Source: an uncultured Candidatus Actinomarina sp.
GTDB taxonomy: Bacteria > Actinomycetota > Acidimicrobiia > Actinomarinales > Actinomarinaceae
Reading direction: 5' to 3'
DNA: 64,000 nt
NCBI GenBank assembly: GCA_902622665.1
Contig: CACNQV010000005.1
Location: 990 to 64,989 of the forward strand
Below are positions 62,866 through 64,000 of the stretch, piece by piece. Position 1 is the stretch's first letter, and each line of letters starts with the position of its first letter. The notes under the pieces were generated by a model, which was not told where the DNA came from, did no database searches, and was given only the letters and a program-made list of their open reading frames with translations. Made by a program: the position numbers and the translations under genes.

Positions 62866-63111
62866 ATGAAAGTTTGGATAGATCAAGATTTATGCACAGG
62901 CGACGGTTTATGTGAAGAAATTGCGCCTGATGTTTTTGTTGGTCTTGATGATGGCCTATTTTATGTTAAAGAAGGAGACAAAATATTCTCCGAAGAAAAT
63001 GGCAATGTTGGTGGTGCAGAAGGTATAGCTGTTGTTCCTAATGGACAAGAAGAAGCTGTTGTTGAATCAGCTGAAGAATGTCCTGGGGAATGCATAATGA
63101 TTGAGCCCTAA
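62866..63111 (+). CDS. ferredoxin (single-cluster, actinobacterial type)
   Basis: The N-terminus has MKVWIDQDLCTGDGLCEEIAPDVF. The C-terminus has AEECPGECIMIE. 81 aa. Confidence 0.8.
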   Translation: MKVWIDQDLCTGDGLCEEIAPDVFVGLDDGLFYVKEGDKIFSEENGNVGGAEGIAVVPNGQEEAVVESAEECPGECIMIEP

Positions 63112-63884
63112 TATTTTATATATTTTGCAGATAATAAAAAACCAGTGTGAGAAACCAATTTATTTGAGGGTCGTACAACTTTTTCATCAACTACCCAATC
63201 TCTGAGAATCACTTCCTTTATCTCAATATCTTGAAACTTATTATCTTTTAACACATTACTCATTCTCATAACCTGAGTCATAGAAGGTAAGTACGATACC
63301 CAGTTAATACTATTTTCTATTTTATTCTTTATGAAAAATTCCCATGGCTCTGGAACATCTGTAATTATTGCATCAATTTTTTCAATCAAATTCTTACAAT
63401 CGAAATTAGCTAATTCTTCATTTATAAATGTAACAGCATTATTTTCTTCAGACAATAAAGAGAGGTACCTTACAATAGTTTTATCCGCTCTTCTTTGATT
63501 GATTCTTGACGAATCTAGACTGAACAGCCTACCAGTATTTTTTAATAAACTATATAAATATAAAGTTAAAGCTCCAGAACCAGAACCTATTTCAAGAACA
63601 TTACTCGAATTATGAATATTTGACTCTAAAACTATTTGAGCTACATCTTTAGGGTAAATAATTTGAGGACCTCTTTTCATCAACAGAACAAATTCTTTAT
63701 ATGACGGTTTGTAAATTTTAAAATTTACTCCTGTTGAAACCTTAACTAAGGATGGAATATTTTTAATTTGTGAAAATTTGAACTTTCCTTCGTTGGTAGT
63801 AAATTCCTTATCTATATCGACTACAGCTAAAAATTTATTATTTTTTGGAGTATTTATAATTACTAATTGATTATCTAAATTCAA
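63108..63884 (-). CDS. trmI: tRNA (adenine(58)-N(1))-methyltransferase TrmI-like
   Basis: N-terminal beta domain plus the SAM motif LEIGSGSGALTLYL. TTG start. Confidence 0.75.
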   Translation of the reverse strand: MNLDNQLVIINTPKNNKFLAVVDIDKEFTTNEGKFKFSQIKNIPSLVKVSTGVNFKIYKPSYKEFVLLMKRGPQIIYPKDVAQIVLESNIHNSSNVLEIGSGSGALTLYLYSLLKNTGRLFSLDSSRINQRRADKTIVRYLSLLSEENNAVTFINEELANFDCKNLIEKIDAIITDVPEPWEFFIKNKIENSINWVSYLPSMTQVMRMSNVLKDNKFQDIEIKEVILRDWVVDEKVVRPSNKLVSHTGFLLSAKYIKY

Positions 63885-63886
63885 AT

Positions 63887-63976
63887 CTATAAAAATGCAA
63901 GAAAAGAAGCTACTGTAGTCAATAACATTCCAACAGAAACAACTATTACTATAATTTTTTGAAGTTTTTTATTCAT
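63887..63976 (-). CDS. possible 29-aa single-TM peptide
   Basis: MNKKLQKIIVIVVSVGMLLTTVASFLAFL. It ends 2 nt before the trmI start. Support comes only from ORF shape. Confidence 0.2.
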   Translation of the reverse strand: MNKKLQKIIVIVVSVGMLLTTVASFLAFL

Positions 63977-64000
63977 TTAAATTTTTTGAAAATTTTCTTT

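Overview
This 64-kb window is AT-rich and very densely coding. It holds about 70 CDS and one complete rRNA operon (16S-23S-5S, about 26.58-31.46 kb). I found no tRNA genes, CRISPR arrays, transposases or prophage genes. The content is almost entirely housekeeping:
- secF-rel-hisS-aspS-alaS-ruvX-mltG-efp-nusB
- mihF-gmk-rpoZ-coaBC-priA-like-def-fmt-rpe-ribD/E/BA/H
- infC-rpmI-rplT-pheST-mpg-tyrS
- a peptide-type ABC importer
- pgsA-FHA-MerR-DUF151-MerR
- der, ispH, cmk, rluB, scpAB, xerD, pyrG, nadK
- helY-tatC-tatA-like-pafC-pafB-like, trmI

Gene order follows well-known actinobacterial (mycobacterial) blocks, and the 23S carries the domain III insertion typical of Actinobacteria. The canonical anti-SD is present. 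By inference, this is a genome-streamlined, low-GC actinobacterium; the exact lineage cannot be determined from the sequence alone.

This is ordinary core genome and I see no obvious novel multi-gene system. The observations most worth a second look are:
- A dif-like 28-mer lies about 1 kb from a sharp plus-to-minus switch in gene orientation, suggesting a replication terminus.
- pafBC-like WYL regulators are retained where the whole Pup-proteasome cluster appears replaced by one small ferredoxin gene.
- A PBP/D,D-carboxypeptidase has its signal peptide and SxxK motif upstream of any canonical start codon, with a likely ATC start behind an SD.
- infC likely starts at ATA behind a hairpin that transcription must read through.
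- A short PriA-like protein lacks helicase and zinc motifs.
- An unannotated TatA-like small ORF sits between pafC-like and tatC.
- Several compact promoter, operator and hairpin elements are present, including a leaderless MerR gene with a 19-bp palindrome.
- The ABC substrate-binding-protein gene is a compositional outlier.

All functional calls rest on motif recognition by eye and on synteny. No searches were run.
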